Shown piece after piece: positions 1-10,702 of a stretch of 32,000 nucleotides of DNA. The stretch covers positions 2,340,001 through 2,372,000 of the forward strand of contig NC_014972.1 in NCBI RefSeq assembly GCF_000186885.1. The letters run 5' to 3'. Origin of the DNA: Desulfobulbus propionicus DSM 2032 (GTDB taxonomy: Bacteria; Desulfobacterota; Desulfobulbia; Desulfobulbales; Desulfobulbaceae). The translations under genes and the position numbers were made by a program. Below the pieces are notes generated by a model that saw only the letters and a list, made by a program, of their open reading frames with translations, had not been told where the DNA came from and made no database searches. Each line of letters starts with the position of its first letter. The stretch's first letter is position 1.

Positions 1-208
1 CATTGGCTACGTGGCTCCAGTGGACAAGCTCAGTGGCAGGGAGCAGGAAATTTTCAAAGAGCGGGACCGGAAACTGGAAGCGGCCAGAGAACTGAGGAAG
101 ACAAAACGGCTTCGGGCGCCGTCGGCAAACCCGATGCTCTCTCAAAAAGACAATACGGCTCCTTCGGAGTCCTTACTGCAAACGGCAAGATTGTCCATTT
201 CCAACTGA
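1..208 (+). mobile_element. 3' end of a probable integrase-core (IS3/IS481-like) transposase, truncated by the window edge
   Basis: The frame is open from the window edge. The translation IGYVAPVDKLSGREQEIFKERDRKLEAARELRKTKR resembles the C-terminal '(S)A(I/L)GY.TPAD' segment of rve-type transposases. Family is recalled from motif only. Confidence 0.45.
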
Positions 209-261
209 GGCGGAACAAACAGCCGATCAAGGTTCATCGATCAACGTGCTGGGAAGAGCAA

Positions 262-295
262 ACGAAAAAGAGGCCTGAAATATATTTCAGGCCTC
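262..295 (-). terminator. Intrinsic terminator of the nuo operon
   Basis: Perfect palindrome GAGGCCTGAAA-TATA-TTTCAGGCCTC (270..295), followed on the minus strand by TTTTTCGTT. It lies ~50 nt past the nuoN stop. Confidence 0.85.
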
Positions 296-345
296 ATGAA
301 GATTCTTTTATCCTTTAAGTATTTCAGATCGTTTTCATGAAACCG

Positions 346-1773
346 TCAAACGGTAATAGGATACAAGCTAATCGCGAAAACACAAAGAACAAGGATAAAG
401 GTACAAACTGGCGCAAAATTTGAGGGGAGGGGTTCGTCGAACTGCTCCTCCGGCTCGTGAAAGTACATGTTAATGATCAGACGCAGATAGTACCACATGG
501 AAATAATGCTGCTGATGATGCCTAAAACTGCCAGGGTGATTTGGCCTGCATCGATGGCACTGGTAATAATATAAAATTTCCCCATAAAGCCTGCGGTGGG
601 GGGGATACCGGCCATGGAAAGCAAAAACACGCTGATAGCTGCGGCGGAATAGGGACGAATTTTGGCAAGTCCCTTGAAATCATCAAATGTGTTTCTCTTT
701 TCCTCGGCTCCGCCGAGATACGAGAGTGCGCAAAAAATACCAAGAGTCCCTGCGGCATAAGCGGCCAAATAGTAGGCAATCACACTACCGGAAAATTCTT
801 GGCTGCTTACAGCAACAAGAGCGATCAACAAATAACCGGAATGAACAATACCGGAGGCAGCGAGCATTCTTTTCAAGGATTGCTGGCCGATGGCGATGAG
901 ATTGCCAACAAACATCGTCAAGATGGAGATGTAAAACAGAAAGGTGATCCATCCACTATGCAATCCTTGATCGACAACCAAGAAATTGGCGAACACAGCA
1001 AAGATGGCAGTTTTTAACCCCGTGGCCATGTAGCCTGTGATTGGAACGGAAGCGCCGTCATACACATCGACGACCCAGGCATGGAAGGGAAAGGCGGCAA
1101 CCTTGAAAAGAAAGGCTACCAAGATGAAGAAAGCACCGCCCACCAATGCCGGTGTGTGCAAGAAGCCGTGGGCGGCAACGAATTTGCCGATGGCCACAAA
1201 CTTGGTGCTGGCGGTGGCCCCATAGACCAAGGCTGTTCCCATGGTCAAAAATGCACCAGCGAAGGCACCAAGCATGAGATATTTCAAAACAGCCTCAGTG
1301 CTGATAACATTCTTTCGGTTGTAACCAACCAGGATATAGATGGCCAATGACATAATCTCCAGAGCAATAAAAACGGATATTAACTCTTGGGCCATGGTCA
1401 ACAATAACATTCCTGAAGCGGCAAATACCGTAAGACTATAAAACTCCGGGCTGCAAAAAGTATTCTGTTTGAAATAGGTCTGCGCACTCATAACGGTAAA
1501 GAGTCCGCAAGCTAGAATAATCAGGCCAGCAGCCTTGGAAAAATTAGTGACCACGAGGAAGCTGTTGAAAATATCCGAGAAAAGGACTGCTTTCCCGGTA
1601 ATACACGAACCCAGTTGAACAAGAAATGCTATGGCAAATACAAGGGCACTCCCATAGGCAGCCATTTCATGAGAAATTTTTTCATAGGCAGAAGAGAGCA
1701 TCAACAAGATGGCTCCTGCCCCAACGATAATCAGTGGCATGAGTAACAGTAAATCGTTCGTCATAATGAACAT
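346..1773 (-). CDS. nuoN: NADH-quinone oxidoreductase subunit N
   Basis: 475-aa multi-TM antiporter-like protein (GYLLIALVAVSS, AGIPPTAGFMGKFYI), last gene of a canonical nuo operon. Confidence 0.96.
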   Translation of the reverse strand: MFIMTNDLLLLMPLIIVGAGAILLMLSSAYEKISHEMAAYGSALVFAIAFLVQLGSCITGKAVLFSDIFNSFLVVTNFSKAAGLIILACGLFTVMSAQTYFKQNTFCSPEFYSLTVFAASGMLLLTMAQELISVFIALEIMSLAIYILVGYNRKNVISTEAVLKYLMLGAFAGAFLTMGTALVYGATASTKFVAIGKFVAAHGFLHTPALVGGAFFILVAFLFKVAAFPFHAWVVDVYDGASVPITGYMATGLKTAIFAVFANFLVVDQGLHSGWITFLFYISILTMFVGNLIAIGQQSLKRMLAASGIVHSGYLLIALVAVSSQEFSGSVIAYYLAAYAAGTLGIFCALSYLGGAEEKRNTFDDFKGLAKIRPYSAAAISVFLLSMAGIPPTAGFMGKFYIITSAIDAGQITLAVLGIISSIISMWYYLRLIINMYFHEPEEQFDEPLPSNFAPVCTFILVLCVFAISLYPITV

Positions 1774-1779
1774 CCGGTA

Positions 1780-3300
1780 TTATTGCTGTTCAATGTTGAG
1801 CTCAACGCCGTGAGCATTGGTGGTTGTGCTGTGTGCGACAACAGGAGCGTTCTGGGAAAATTGCAATGCAGCAGAAGGTGTGATCTTACTTATAAACGGC
1901 TGCGGATAAATTCCCATGATGATGATGAGTAAAATCACGGGGAGAAAGGTCAATCCTTCAACCAAGGTCAAATCTTTAAAATTCTCAGATGTTGCGGTGG
2001 ATTTTTCAAAAAATACCCGTTGAAACATCCATAGCATGTAGCACACACCAACGATCAAGGTTGTCGCGGCAAGCACACCGATAGCGGTATTGAATTTTAT
2101 TGCTCCAAGAATAATCATGAATTCACCAATGAACCCACTTGTTCCGGGCAATCCGACCGAAGCCAACATCGCGATGGCAAAAAACAATGCGAAAACTGGT
2201 GCTTTCGCGGCGATTCCTCCAAGGTCCTCGATAGTTCTGGTTTCGGTACGCTCTTCAAGGATTCCCGCGAAAAGAAAAAGGACACCCGTGCTGGTGGCGT
2301 GTGCGACAATCTGATAGATGGAGCCGGTCAAGGCTTGGACATTCATGCAAAATACACCCAGGGCGATGACACCCATGTGGGAGGCAGAAGAAAAGGCCAG
2401 CATTCGCTTGAAGTCTTTTTGGGCGATTGCAGCAATGCCACAGTACATCATGCCAATAACGCCGGCATAGGCGAGAAGTATGGCGAATCGAGCAAATTCT
2501 TGATCAAAGACCGGCACCACGAAACGAATTACACCATATACACCAATTTTGGCCATAATGGCTGACAAGACAAAGGTAGCCGCAGTCGGTGCTTCGGTAT
2601 ACGCGTCAGGCAACCAAGTATGAAAGGGAAACAAGGGAATTTTGATTGCAAAAGCAATCATGAATCCAAAAAAGGCCACCGCTGCCACTTGACCGCTGAG
2701 ATTGAGTTGCGCCATCTTATTCATCGCGAAACTCCACTCGTTGAATTGGGCATGGTAACTAACACCCAGATACACGATGGCAGCCAACATGAGCAAGGAA
2801 CCAGCAATAGTGTAAATGGTGATCTTCAGCGTGGCAGGAAGACGCTTTGCCCCCCCATACAAACCCAGCATGAAGAAGACCGGCAACAACATGATTTCCC
2901 AGAAGATATAAAAGAGGATCATGTCAGTTGCGCATACTGCACCGGTCATGGCTCCTTGAACGATGAGCAGGTTGGCGTAATACCCTTTCTCTTTGGTGCC
3001 AAAAATCAAATAGACCATTGGCAGAAGAACAGAGCAGGCCATCAGGATGAACAGACTGATTCCATCCACACCCAGAGCATAGGAAATTCCCAGTGATTCG
3101 ATCCAAGGAACATTTTCTATGAATTCAAGATGCCCCGTGGACTTGAATCCCAGGTAGAGGTCGAGGCTGAGGACGAGGGTGGACAACGAAATGATGAGCC
3201 CTGTAAACCGAGCGATCGTCCTGCTTGCCGGCGAGGCCAGGAGCACCAACCCGGCAATAATGGGCAAAAAGATTATAACGGAAAGGAGATGTTCAAACAT
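1780..3300 (-). CDS. nuoM: NADH-quinone oxidoreductase subunit M
   Basis: 506 aa. Motifs GISLFILMACSVLLP, FAIKIPLFPFHTWLPDAYTEAPTA and LKRMLAFSSASHMG-type; position between nuoL and nuoN. Confidence 0.97.
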   Translation of the reverse strand: MFEHLLSVIIFLPIIAGLVLLASPASRTIARFTGLIISLSTLVLSLDLYLGFKSTGHLEFIENVPWIESLGISYALGVDGISLFILMACSVLLPMVYLIFGTKEKGYYANLLIVQGAMTGAVCATDMILFYIFWEIMLLPVFFMLGLYGGAKRLPATLKITIYTIAGSLLMLAAIVYLGVSYHAQFNEWSFAMNKMAQLNLSGQVAAVAFFGFMIAFAIKIPLFPFHTWLPDAYTEAPTAATFVLSAIMAKIGVYGVIRFVVPVFDQEFARFAILLAYAGVIGMMYCGIAAIAQKDFKRMLAFSSASHMGVIALGVFCMNVQALTGSIYQIVAHATSTGVLFLFAGILEERTETRTIEDLGGIAAKAPVFALFFAIAMLASVGLPGTSGFIGEFMIILGAIKFNTAIGVLAATTLIVGVCYMLWMFQRVFFEKSTATSENFKDLTLVEGLTFLPVILLIIIMGIYPQPFISKITPSAALQFSQNAPVVAHSTTTNAHGVELNIEQQ

Positions 3301-3312
3301 TCTTTCACCTTA

Positions 3313-5214
3313 TCAGTTCAACGATTGAGAAAGGAACAGGCTCATAAGACTCAGCCCCACGATCATGTAAATGGCATAAACCCTGACATAACCGACTTGG
3401 AAAACCTTGAAGGCTGCCCCGAGAATCATATACAGCCTGGAAATCCCTTTAACTGGCGCGTCGGTGACATTCGGCTCAATGATTCTCCAGATGCTTGAGC
3501 CGATTGCCTTATATGGCTGAACAAACACGGCGTTATACAACTCATCGACATAGAATTTATTGTAGGCAAACACCTCGAACCCATTGAAGACCGGCTCGGG
3601 ACCACCTTGGCCAAACTTTGTGTACGCGATTTTAATACCAATCGCGAAAGCGATAATGCTGGTAACCATGGCGAAAACCATGGCAAAAGCTCCACCATGG
3701 GGATGGTGTTCCGTCAAGCTGGGAGCAAGCCAATGAGAAACAGTTTGCCCTCCTGGCACATTCAGGAATCCGGCGAAAACAGCTCCAACCGCCAGGATAA
3801 TGAGGGGAACGGTCATGACAGCAGGCGATTCCTGAGCATGATCGTAGGCATGTTGGTCGCGTGGTTGCCCGTGGAAGACGACGAAGATCATCCTGAAGGT
3901 ATAGTAGGCGGTCATCCCTGCAACCAGCACACCCACGGCCCAGATACCGTAATGACCTGTCGCAAGGGCGCTGTAGAGAATCTCATCCTTACTGAAGAAA
4001 CCAGAGAACGGAGGACATCCAGCCAAGGCAAGGGCACCGATTACCATTGTGATATAGGTCTTCGGCATTTTGCTTTTCAACCCACCCATTTTCCAGATGT
4101 TCTGCTCATGATGCAGGGCATAGATCACCGAACCGGCACCGAGGAAGAGCAGTGCCTTGAAAAAAGCATGGGTGAACACATGGAAAATACCAGCAGAATA
4201 GGCTGCAACACCCACACCGGCGAACATATAGCCCAATTGGCTGACGGTCGAGTAAGCAAGAACCTTCTTGATATCGTCTTGAAACATACCAAATATGGCG
4301 GCCAGCAAAGCGGTCAGTATCCCGACCCATGCAACAATAGTCCCGGCCATCTCTACATGGGCATACAGGAAACTGAATCGGGCAACCATGTAGACACCGG
4401 CAGTAACCATGGTGGCGGCATGGATCAATGCGGAAACCGGAGTCGGACCTGCCATTGCATCGGGTAACCACACATACAAGGGTATCTGAGCCGATTTGCC
4501 GGTGGCACCGACAAACAGGAGCAGGCAAACAGTTAATGCAATGGCGGGCGTCAGGTGATGGACATTGGCCTTGAGGGATAAGTAGTCAAAACCCTGGCCG
4601 CCAATAGCCCAGAACAGAAAGGCCATGCCGAGAACAAAACCAAAATCGCCGATCCGGTTGACGATAAAAGCTTTGTTACCAGCCAGTACGTTGCTTCGGT
4701 CTTCGCTGTAATAGCTAATCAATAGATATGAACAGAGTCCAACGCCTTCCCACCCGACAAACATGACCACCGGCCCGTCGCCAAGTACGAGCACCAGCAT
4801 GCTACCGAGAAAGAGGTTCATGTAGGCAAAAAACTTGCCGTAGTTTTTGTCGCCTCCCATATAGCCTATGGAGTAGACATGAATAAGAGAACCGATCAAA
4901 GTGACAAACAACAGCATTAAACACGACAGAGGATCAGCGAGAAATCCCATGTTAACGTGCAGATCACCGACACTGAACCAAGTGAAGGCTTTGTGGCTCA
5001 AAAATCGGCTATCAACCGGCAGCGCTTTGAGCGCGAAAAAAACCTTAAGCGCCATGACAAAGGAAAGGATAGGCCCAATGCAAGCAAGCAGGCCATAAAC
5101 CTTCTCTGGCAATTTATACCGATCACAGCTAAAAACGTGGAGAAGTCCGATAAATACTGCTCCCATTAATGGAAAAAGCGGTATCAGACCCAGATAATTT
5201 ACACTTTGTTCCAT
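3313..5214 (-). CDS. nuoL: NADH-quinone oxidoreductase subunit L
   Basis: 633 aa. Motifs FVGWEGVGLCSYLLI, AGKSAQIPLYVWLPDAMAGPTPVSALIHAATMVTAGVYM, YSTVSQLGYM. Confidence 0.97.
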   Translation of the reverse strand: MEQSVNYLGLIPLFPLMGAVFIGLLHVFSCDRYKLPEKVYGLLACIGPILSFVMALKVFFALKALPVDSRFLSHKAFTWFSVGDLHVNMGFLADPLSCLMLLFVTLIGSLIHVYSIGYMGGDKNYGKFFAYMNLFLGSMLVLVLGDGPVVMFVGWEGVGLCSYLLISYYSEDRSNVLAGNKAFIVNRIGDFGFVLGMAFLFWAIGGQGFDYLSLKANVHHLTPAIALTVCLLLFVGATGKSAQIPLYVWLPDAMAGPTPVSALIHAATMVTAGVYMVARFSFLYAHVEMAGTIVAWVGILTALLAAIFGMFQDDIKKVLAYSTVSQLGYMFAGVGVAAYSAGIFHVFTHAFFKALLFLGAGSVIYALHHEQNIWKMGGLKSKMPKTYITMVIGALALAGCPPFSGFFSKDEILYSALATGHYGIWAVGVLVAGMTAYYTFRMIFVVFHGQPRDQHAYDHAQESPAVMTVPLIILAVGAVFAGFLNVPGGQTVSHWLAPSLTEHHPHGGAFAMVFAMVTSIIAFAIGIKIAYTKFGQGGPEPVFNGFEVFAYNKFYVDELYNAVFVQPYKAIGSSIWRIIEPNVTDAPVKGISRLYMILGAAFKVFQVGYVRVYAIYMIVGLSLMSLFLSQSLN

Positions 5215-5218
5215 GGAA

Positions 5219-5515
5219 TCACCCTTTCAGCAGGCTAAACACGTTGGTGTCAAGCTTACTTTTATGTTTATGCAACAAAATCACGACGGCAAGGGCCAGG
5301 GCGGCTTCAGCAGCGGCCACAGCCATCACCATCATCGCCAGAACATGACCGTCCATACTCTCATGAACACGGGCAAAAGCGACAAAAGTAAGATTTGCCG
5401 CATTGAGCATCAGTTCTATAGACATGAATACGGTAAAAACATTGCGTCTGGAAATCACACCAACAATACCCAGGCAAAAAAGGATGATACTGAGATACAA
5501 ATAACTGTGAATCAT
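5219..5515 (-). CDS. nuoK: NADH-quinone oxidoreductase subunit K
   Basis: 98 aa, [29 protein letters not shown]. It overlaps the nuoJ stop. Confidence 0.96.
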   Translation of the reverse strand: MIHSYLYLSIILFCLGIVGVISRRNVFTVFMSIELMLNAANLTFVAFARVHESMDGHVLAMMVMAVAAAEAALALAVVILLHKHKSKLDTNVFSLLKG

Positions 5516-6021
5516 TTGATACTCCCCCTCTTTCCAGCAAGAACAACCGCACCGATCAAGGAGACAAGCAGCAAGATCGAAACGATTTCAAATGGCACCA
5601 GCCAATCCTTAAACAACAGTAAACCCACCTGTTTTACGCCACCGAAATCGTTTCCAATCAATGCGGCGGAGGACATGGGGATACTTTTCACGATCTTAAC
5701 CAAGAAAAGACCAACAGGAAGAACGATAATCGAACCTCCAATGATATAGAGGAGCTTGGTTTCTTCTTTCGGAAGATCGTCAGGTTGGATGTTTAAGAAC
5801 ATGATGATAAAGACGATGAGCGACATAATTGCTCCTGCATAAACGATCAGTTGCAGGGCGAAGATTAATTTTGCAGAGAGCAGTGCGTACAATCCCGCCA
5901 AGGATATCAGCGTCACCACAAAGCTCATCGCTCCGTTCATCGGATGTCGAAATAGAACCAGCCCCGCTGCTCCCAAAACGGCAAGCACGGCAAATCCAAT
6001 AAATAGCCCGTCGGCAAACAT
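5512..6021 (-). CDS. nuoJ: NADH-quinone oxidoreductase subunit J
   Basis: Start trimmed to [17 protein letters not shown], just after the nuoI stop. Motif [20 protein letters not shown] is typical of NuoJ. Confidence 0.93.
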   Translation of the reverse strand: MFADGLFIGFAVLAVLGAAGLVLFRHPMNGAMSFVVTLISLAGLYALLSAKLIFALQLIVYAGAIMSLIVFIIMFLNIQPDDLPKEETKLLYIIGGSIIVLPVGLFLVKIVKSIPMSSAALIGNDFGGVKQVGLLLFKDWLVPFEIVSILLLVSLIGAVVLAGKRGSIK

Positions 6022-6025
6022 GATA

Positions 6026-6550
6026 TCAAGCGCCCCCTTTCTTATACTCTTCTTCGGTAAATGCCCCTGGCGTGGCAAGCAAATCATTCAATGTCATAAC
6101 AAAGGACGATCGCTTGTCACCGGTGACTGAAAATATACCAGTGTCCATTCTGATAGCATCCATTGGGCACGCTTCCACGCAGTAGCCACAATAGATGCAC
6201 TCAAGCAGGTCAATATCAAATCTGACCGGCATTTTTTCAGTCCTGCCGTCAACCCGTTCACCGGCCTCAATCATGATGCACTTGGCTGGGCAGTTCGTCT
6301 GACACATGAAGCAGGCGACACATTTCATGGTCCCATCCTCATGTTTCGTCAGTCGATGCCGTCCTCGCCAGCGCGCGGTAATCTCTGGCTTTTGCTCGGG
6401 ATAATGTCGGACATACAATTTTGAGTTATCAAGGAAGTTCGAGATAAAGTGACCAAAGGTCACCGCCATCCCTTTGAACACCTCAACCAGGTACAACCGT
6501 TCGTAAAGGTCTTTGCCTTTACGTTCCATTATTTTGGTTTTTCCACTCAT
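6026..6550 (-). CDS. nuoI: NADH-quinone oxidoreductase subunit I (2x[4Fe-4S])
   Basis: Two ferredoxin motifs: CVACFMCQTNCPAKC and CIYCGYCVEACPMDAI. Confidence 0.96.
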   Translation of the reverse strand: MSGKTKIMERKGKDLYERLYLVEVFKGMAVTFGHFISNFLDNSKLYVRHYPEQKPEITARWRGRHRLTKHEDGTMKCVACFMCQTNCPAKCIMIEAGERVDGRTEKMPVRFDIDLLECIYCGYCVEACPMDAIRMDTGIFSVTGDKRSSFVMTLNDLLATPGAFTEEEYKKGGA

Positions 6551-6563
6551 GCCAGCTCCTCTC

Positions 6564-7850
6564 TTAGCTCAATGCAACGACGATTGCACTTGTGACGAAA
6601 ATGTTCAGCAACGAAAGCGGCAGGAGTGTTTGCCAACCCAATTTCTGCAGCTGATCATAGCGAAAACGAGGTAACGTCCAACGAACCCAGACATACACGA
6701 AACACATGAGTGTCGTCTTTACAAGAAAGGTGATGATTTGCAGGATCGTCACTAAAATGCGGTCAGCCACGCCACCAGAAACAGTGATCAGATAAATAAA
6801 GAGGACGATTTCAATCGCGGCGACCAATCCCCACAATCCTTTGATATATATTTGCGCTTCACGAACACGAGGGTCATCGACACGATCATAGTGGCTTCTA
6901 TTATTTTTGCTGATCCACATCGCAAAGACTTTGGCAAAAACAGGAAGAAGCAACATCATCAACACAGTGACGGGCCGTGCGTGATTCACCAGAGTTTCAG
7001 TGGCGAACCATGGTATTTGAAATCCACCGAAGAAAAGAGTGACGATAATTGCACTGGAAGTGAAAAGGGCTACATATTCCCCCATGAAGAACATACCAAA
7101 TTTCATGGAACTGTATTCAACATGGAAGCCCGCGACCAGTTCACTTTCACCCTCGGCAAGATCAAAGGGTGTTCTGTTGGTTTCCGCAAAAGCGGCCACT
7201 ATAAAAATCACCGCACCAAGGGGTTGTAGAACGACACCCCACATCGGGATGAAGCCGAACAGGAGCTGCCCTTGAAGTTGCGCCATTTCGGTCAGACTGA
7301 CTGTCCCATAAACGATGAGAAGACTAATGATTGCCAATCCCATGGGGATTTCATAGCTGATGACTTGGGCAGCGGCACGCAACCCTCCAAGAATACCGTA
7401 TTTATTGTGCGATGACCATCCAGCGAGAATAATGCCGTATACAGAAAAGCCTGCCAATGCAAGGAACCATAGAATACCAAGATCCGTGGGAATGGCCTGC
7501 ATTATGTATTCCTTGCCATTGATGACCAAGGCATCCGCGAAAGGTATGGCAGCAAAAGAAACCAAGGCGATAAAAAAAACGATCACAGGTGCAAGCACGA
7601 AATAGAATTTATGCTTGACATGATCGGGGATCACATCTTCCTTGGTGATCAATTTAACCGCATCGGCAAGATTTTGAACTAGACCTCCAGCACGAAAACC
7701 TAAAATATTGGCCCGATTGGGACCTGATCTATCTTGAAAAAAAGCGGCACCACGACGCTCCATCCAAACGAGGACCGCGATGAAGCAGAGCGGAACAAAC
7801 GCTCCAAAGGCGACCCTAAGAACAAGTAGTAGGATATCAAGCTGCGACAT
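6564..7850 (-). CDS. nuoH: NADH-quinone oxidoreductase subunit H
   Basis: 428 aa. Motifs WMERRGAAFFQDRSGPNR, LAEGESELVAGFHVEYSSMKFGMFFMGEY, RFRYDQLQKLGW. Confidence 0.97.
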   Translation of the reverse strand: MSQLDILLLVLRVAFGAFVPLCFIAVLVWMERRGAAFFQDRSGPNRANILGFRAGGLVQNLADAVKLITKEDVIPDHVKHKFYFVLAPVIVFFIALVSFAAIPFADALVINGKEYIMQAIPTDLGILWFLALAGFSVYGIILAGWSSHNKYGILGGLRAAAQVISYEIPMGLAIISLLIVYGTVSLTEMAQLQGQLLFGFIPMWGVVLQPLGAVIFIVAAFAETNRTPFDLAEGESELVAGFHVEYSSMKFGMFFMGEYVALFTSSAIIVTLFFGGFQIPWFATETLVNHARPVTVLMMLLLPVFAKVFAMWISKNNRSHYDRVDDPRVREAQIYIKGLWGLVAAIEIVLFIYLITVSGGVADRILVTILQIITFLVKTTLMCFVYVWVRWTLPRFRYDQLQKLGWQTLLPLSLLNIFVTSAIVVALS

Positions 7851-9399
7851 TTGAGACCTCGCTATCGGTTAATGCTAACCCTTCACCGGGAACCTGCTCC
7901 AGATCGATACCGTTCAAAGCGGCAACGTTCGCCATTATCTCGGCACGAGCTTCATGATAATCCTTGACGGGTCCGCCAAGCAGATTGACGACATGAATTA
8001 AATTGAAAGCGGGTGTGTTCTTGACAACGGCGATTTCATACTGCTGCAAAATCTGATCGACATTGATCAAGGTCCCGGCATCTTCTGTGTAGGACGCGAC
8101 GGGCAAAGCAATGGTCGCCTTGACCGCGCAACCATCAAGGGAACTGCCTACATACGCTACTTTGACCGAGCTGAGAAGTTGATCGAATTCTGCGACGGTC
8201 AACGATTTGGACAAATCATTTTGGAAACTGATCAAAAGATCGGCCCCGCTGATTGCAGCATCAAATCCGGCACGAGAACTATCGATACCCAGGAGGGTGA
8301 ACGAAGCACGGTTTGCTGATTTATCATCCTGAATGAGGAAGTCGTCACCGTCGCCAGCCTTGCTATAGCCGTCACAGAACCCTGTCACCACCGCATTGCT
8401 TGCAATGGCTAATTGCTGCAGGGCATACATCTGTTCCAGTGAGTTATTCGGGGACAACAGGAAAACAACCTTGCTGGCTTGGCTGATTTCCCGCCGGAGC
8501 GCTTCAATGGTTGCATTGAACCCTGATTCTTTGCCGGCAATCAGGGCGGTGTTGAGACGATTCTCGTTCTCAACCTTGTAGCTCATGCGGCCATCGTCGC
8601 ATATAAAATAACCGTTGACTTTATCATTGAGTCGCGGGCGAAAACGATAAATGACATCGTCTTTGTATTTCTCCCGATTATGATCAATGAAAATGTTGCA
8701 TCCCTTGCTGCATCCCTGACAAATCCCTTTACTCTTGGTCAGAAACCAAGATCGTTGCTTGAAGCGGAAGTCCCTGGAGGTCATGGCCCCGACTGGACAA
8801 AGATCGACAACGTTTAGAGCATAGCGGTTGTTGAGAGGCCGACCGGGGAAAATATTTACCCGTGCCGCGTCGGTACGATTGACAATTCCCAATTCACCGG
8901 TCTTGGTGATCAATCGGGTAAATCGCACACAGCGAGCGCACAAAACGCAACGTTCCTGATCATGAACAACCCCGCAGCCAAAATCCATTTTTTTGGCCTT
9001 GAGCACGGGTTTGACGGTCATTCTACTTTTCTGACCATCATACTTCATGTAGTAATCCTGCAATTTACATTCGCCCGCTTGATCACAAATAGGACAATCA
9101 ATCGGGTGATTGATCAGCTCCAGCTCCATGATATCACGCTGGATCTTTTTAATTTTGTCTGTATCCAGCTGAACTTTCATGCCTTCAACAGCTCGAGTCT
9201 TGCATGCCGGGACCAGAGGAGGCCGGCCATCTTCAATACCAACAAGACACATGCGGCAGTTACCATCTGCCCCCAGCGCCGGATGATAGCAAAGATGGGG
9301 AATCTCAATGCCGACAGCACCAATAGCGTCAATCAGATTTTTCCCTGATTCAACTTCTACTTCCTGTCCGTTCACAAACAGTTTTACCTTATCAGCCAT
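7837..9399 (-). CDS. nuoG: NADH-quinone oxidoreductase subunit G (short form)
   Basis: 520 aa. [2Fe-2S] motif CYHPALGADGNCRMC...C; HPIDCPICDQAGEC (His-ligated [4Fe-4S]); CVLCARCVRF...CPVGAM; and CQGCSKGC-x32-C. Reduced C-terminal molybdopterin-like domain. Confidence 0.93.
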   Translation of the reverse strand: MADKVKLFVNGQEVEVESGKNLIDAIGAVGIEIPHLCYHPALGADGNCRMCLVGIEDGRPPLVPACKTRAVEGMKVQLDTDKIKKIQRDIMELELINHPIDCPICDQAGECKLQDYYMKYDGQKSRMTVKPVLKAKKMDFGCGVVHDQERCVLCARCVRFTRLITKTGELGIVNRTDAARVNIFPGRPLNNRYALNVVDLCPVGAMTSRDFRFKQRSWFLTKSKGICQGCSKGCNIFIDHNREKYKDDVIYRFRPRLNDKVNGYFICDDGRMSYKVENENRLNTALIAGKESGFNATIEALRREISQASKVVFLLSPNNSLEQMYALQQLAIASNAVVTGFCDGYSKAGDGDDFLIQDDKSANRASFTLLGIDSSRAGFDAAISGADLLISFQNDLSKSLTVAEFDQLLSSVKVAYVGSSLDGCAVKATIALPVASYTEDAGTLINVDQILQQYEIAVVKNTPAFNLIHVVNLLGGPVKDYHEARAEIMANVAALNGIDLEQVPGEGLALTDSEVSNVAA

Positions 9400-9416
9400 G
9401 GTAACCCTTATCCCCG

Positions 9417-10688
9417 TTACATCGCGGTCTGAGCTGAGGCACCGCCATTCACGTACGCCTCGAATTCATGCCGGAATTTATTCAAGTAACTGCGTGTCGA
9501 CATGGTACAAGCCGCCGAAAGTACGCACACAGTCTTCATTTCGATGTTATCGCACAATTCGGTCAACAGATCGATGTCGGCTATCGTCCCCTCACCGCGG
9601 ATGATTTTCTTGACAATCTTGAGCATCCAACCCAAGCCTTCACGGCAGGGCGTGCATTGCCCGCAGGACTCATGGTGGTAAAAATAGATGAGATTCTCTA
9701 CCAGCTTCACCATGTCGACCGTATCGTCGAGCACAACAATTCCCCCCGAACCAAACATGGTTTTGTGGGCCGCCATTGACTCGTAGTCCAAGGTCACGGT
9801 TTGGGCTTCTTCTGGCGTCAGGACAGGAGTAGAGCTTCCACCGGGAATAACCCCTTTGAGCTTGCGCCCATCTCGCACACCACCTGCAACCTTGTCAATC
9901 ACCTCAAGCAGAGGCAACCCCAAGGGAAGTTCGTACATGCCCGGTTTCTTGACCAGACCGGAGATGCCGAACAGATGGGTTCCAGGGCTTTTTTCCGTAC
10001 CATAGGCTTTGTATGCATCCGATCCATTGGCCAAAATGAACGGTAACGAAGCAATACTCTGGACGTTGTTGATGATCGTCGGGCAACCATATAGTCCCTC
10101 GACTGCGGGAAACGGCGGTTTACTGCGTGGTTGCCCCTTACGCCCCTCGATGGATTCCAGCAAGGCGGTTTCTTCACCGCAGACATAGGCGCCTGCGCCG
10201 CGATGCACGGTCACATCGAGTTTATAGTCCTTACCGGCGATGGTATCGCCGAGATACCCGGCGGCATACGCCTCGTCGATGGCAGCTTGAAGGGCCTTGA
10301 CTTGAGTGGTGTATTCACCGCGGATATAGATATAAGCCGCATGGCTTTTGATCGCGTAACAGCAGATGATGATTCCCTCAATCAGCATATGCGGATCACG
10401 GACCAAAATATAGCGGTCTTTGAAGGTCGCCGGCTCGGATTCGTCGGAGTTTACAGCCAAATACACCGGTTTATCGATGTTTTTCGGCAAAAAACTCCAC
10501 TTCAGTCCGGTGGGAAAGCCGGCACCACCGCGCCCTCTTAACCCGCTAGCCTTCACCAATTCAATCACCTCTTCGGGTTGCATGGCAAAGACTTTGTCCA
10601 ACGTGGCGTATGCCCCATGTTCCTTGGCGACTTCAATCTTGTGGGCGTCCGGTATATCAAATCGTGCACTCAGTACTTTTACTTGCAT
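9417..10688 (-). CDS. nuoF: NADH-quinone oxidoreductase subunit F (NADH/FMN binding)
   Basis: 423 aa. GLRGRGGAGFPTGLKWSF, GAGAYVCGEETALLESIEG, SCGQCTPCREG. Confidence 0.97.
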   Translation of the reverse strand: MQVKVLSARFDIPDAHKIEVAKEHGAYATLDKVFAMQPEEVIELVKASGLRGRGGAGFPTGLKWSFLPKNIDKPVYLAVNSDESEPATFKDRYILVRDPHMLIEGIIICCYAIKSHAAYIYIRGEYTTQVKALQAAIDEAYAAGYLGDTIAGKDYKLDVTVHRGAGAYVCGEETALLESIEGRKGQPRSKPPFPAVEGLYGCPTIINNVQSIASLPFILANGSDAYKAYGTEKSPGTHLFGISGLVKKPGMYELPLGLPLLEVIDKVAGGVRDGRKLKGVIPGGSSTPVLTPEEAQTVTLDYESMAAHKTMFGSGGIVVLDDTVDMVKLVENLIYFYHHESCGQCTPCREGLGWMLKIVKKIIRGEGTIADIDLLTELCDNIEMKTVCVLSAACTMSTRSYLNKFRHEFEAYVNGGASAQTAM

Positions 10689-10702
10689 ATCGTTCGCTCT
10701 CC

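Noticed and set aside
3607-4467. + strand ORF of 286 aa
   Set aside because: Antisense to nuoL. His/Gly/Asp-rich composition and no domain signature.
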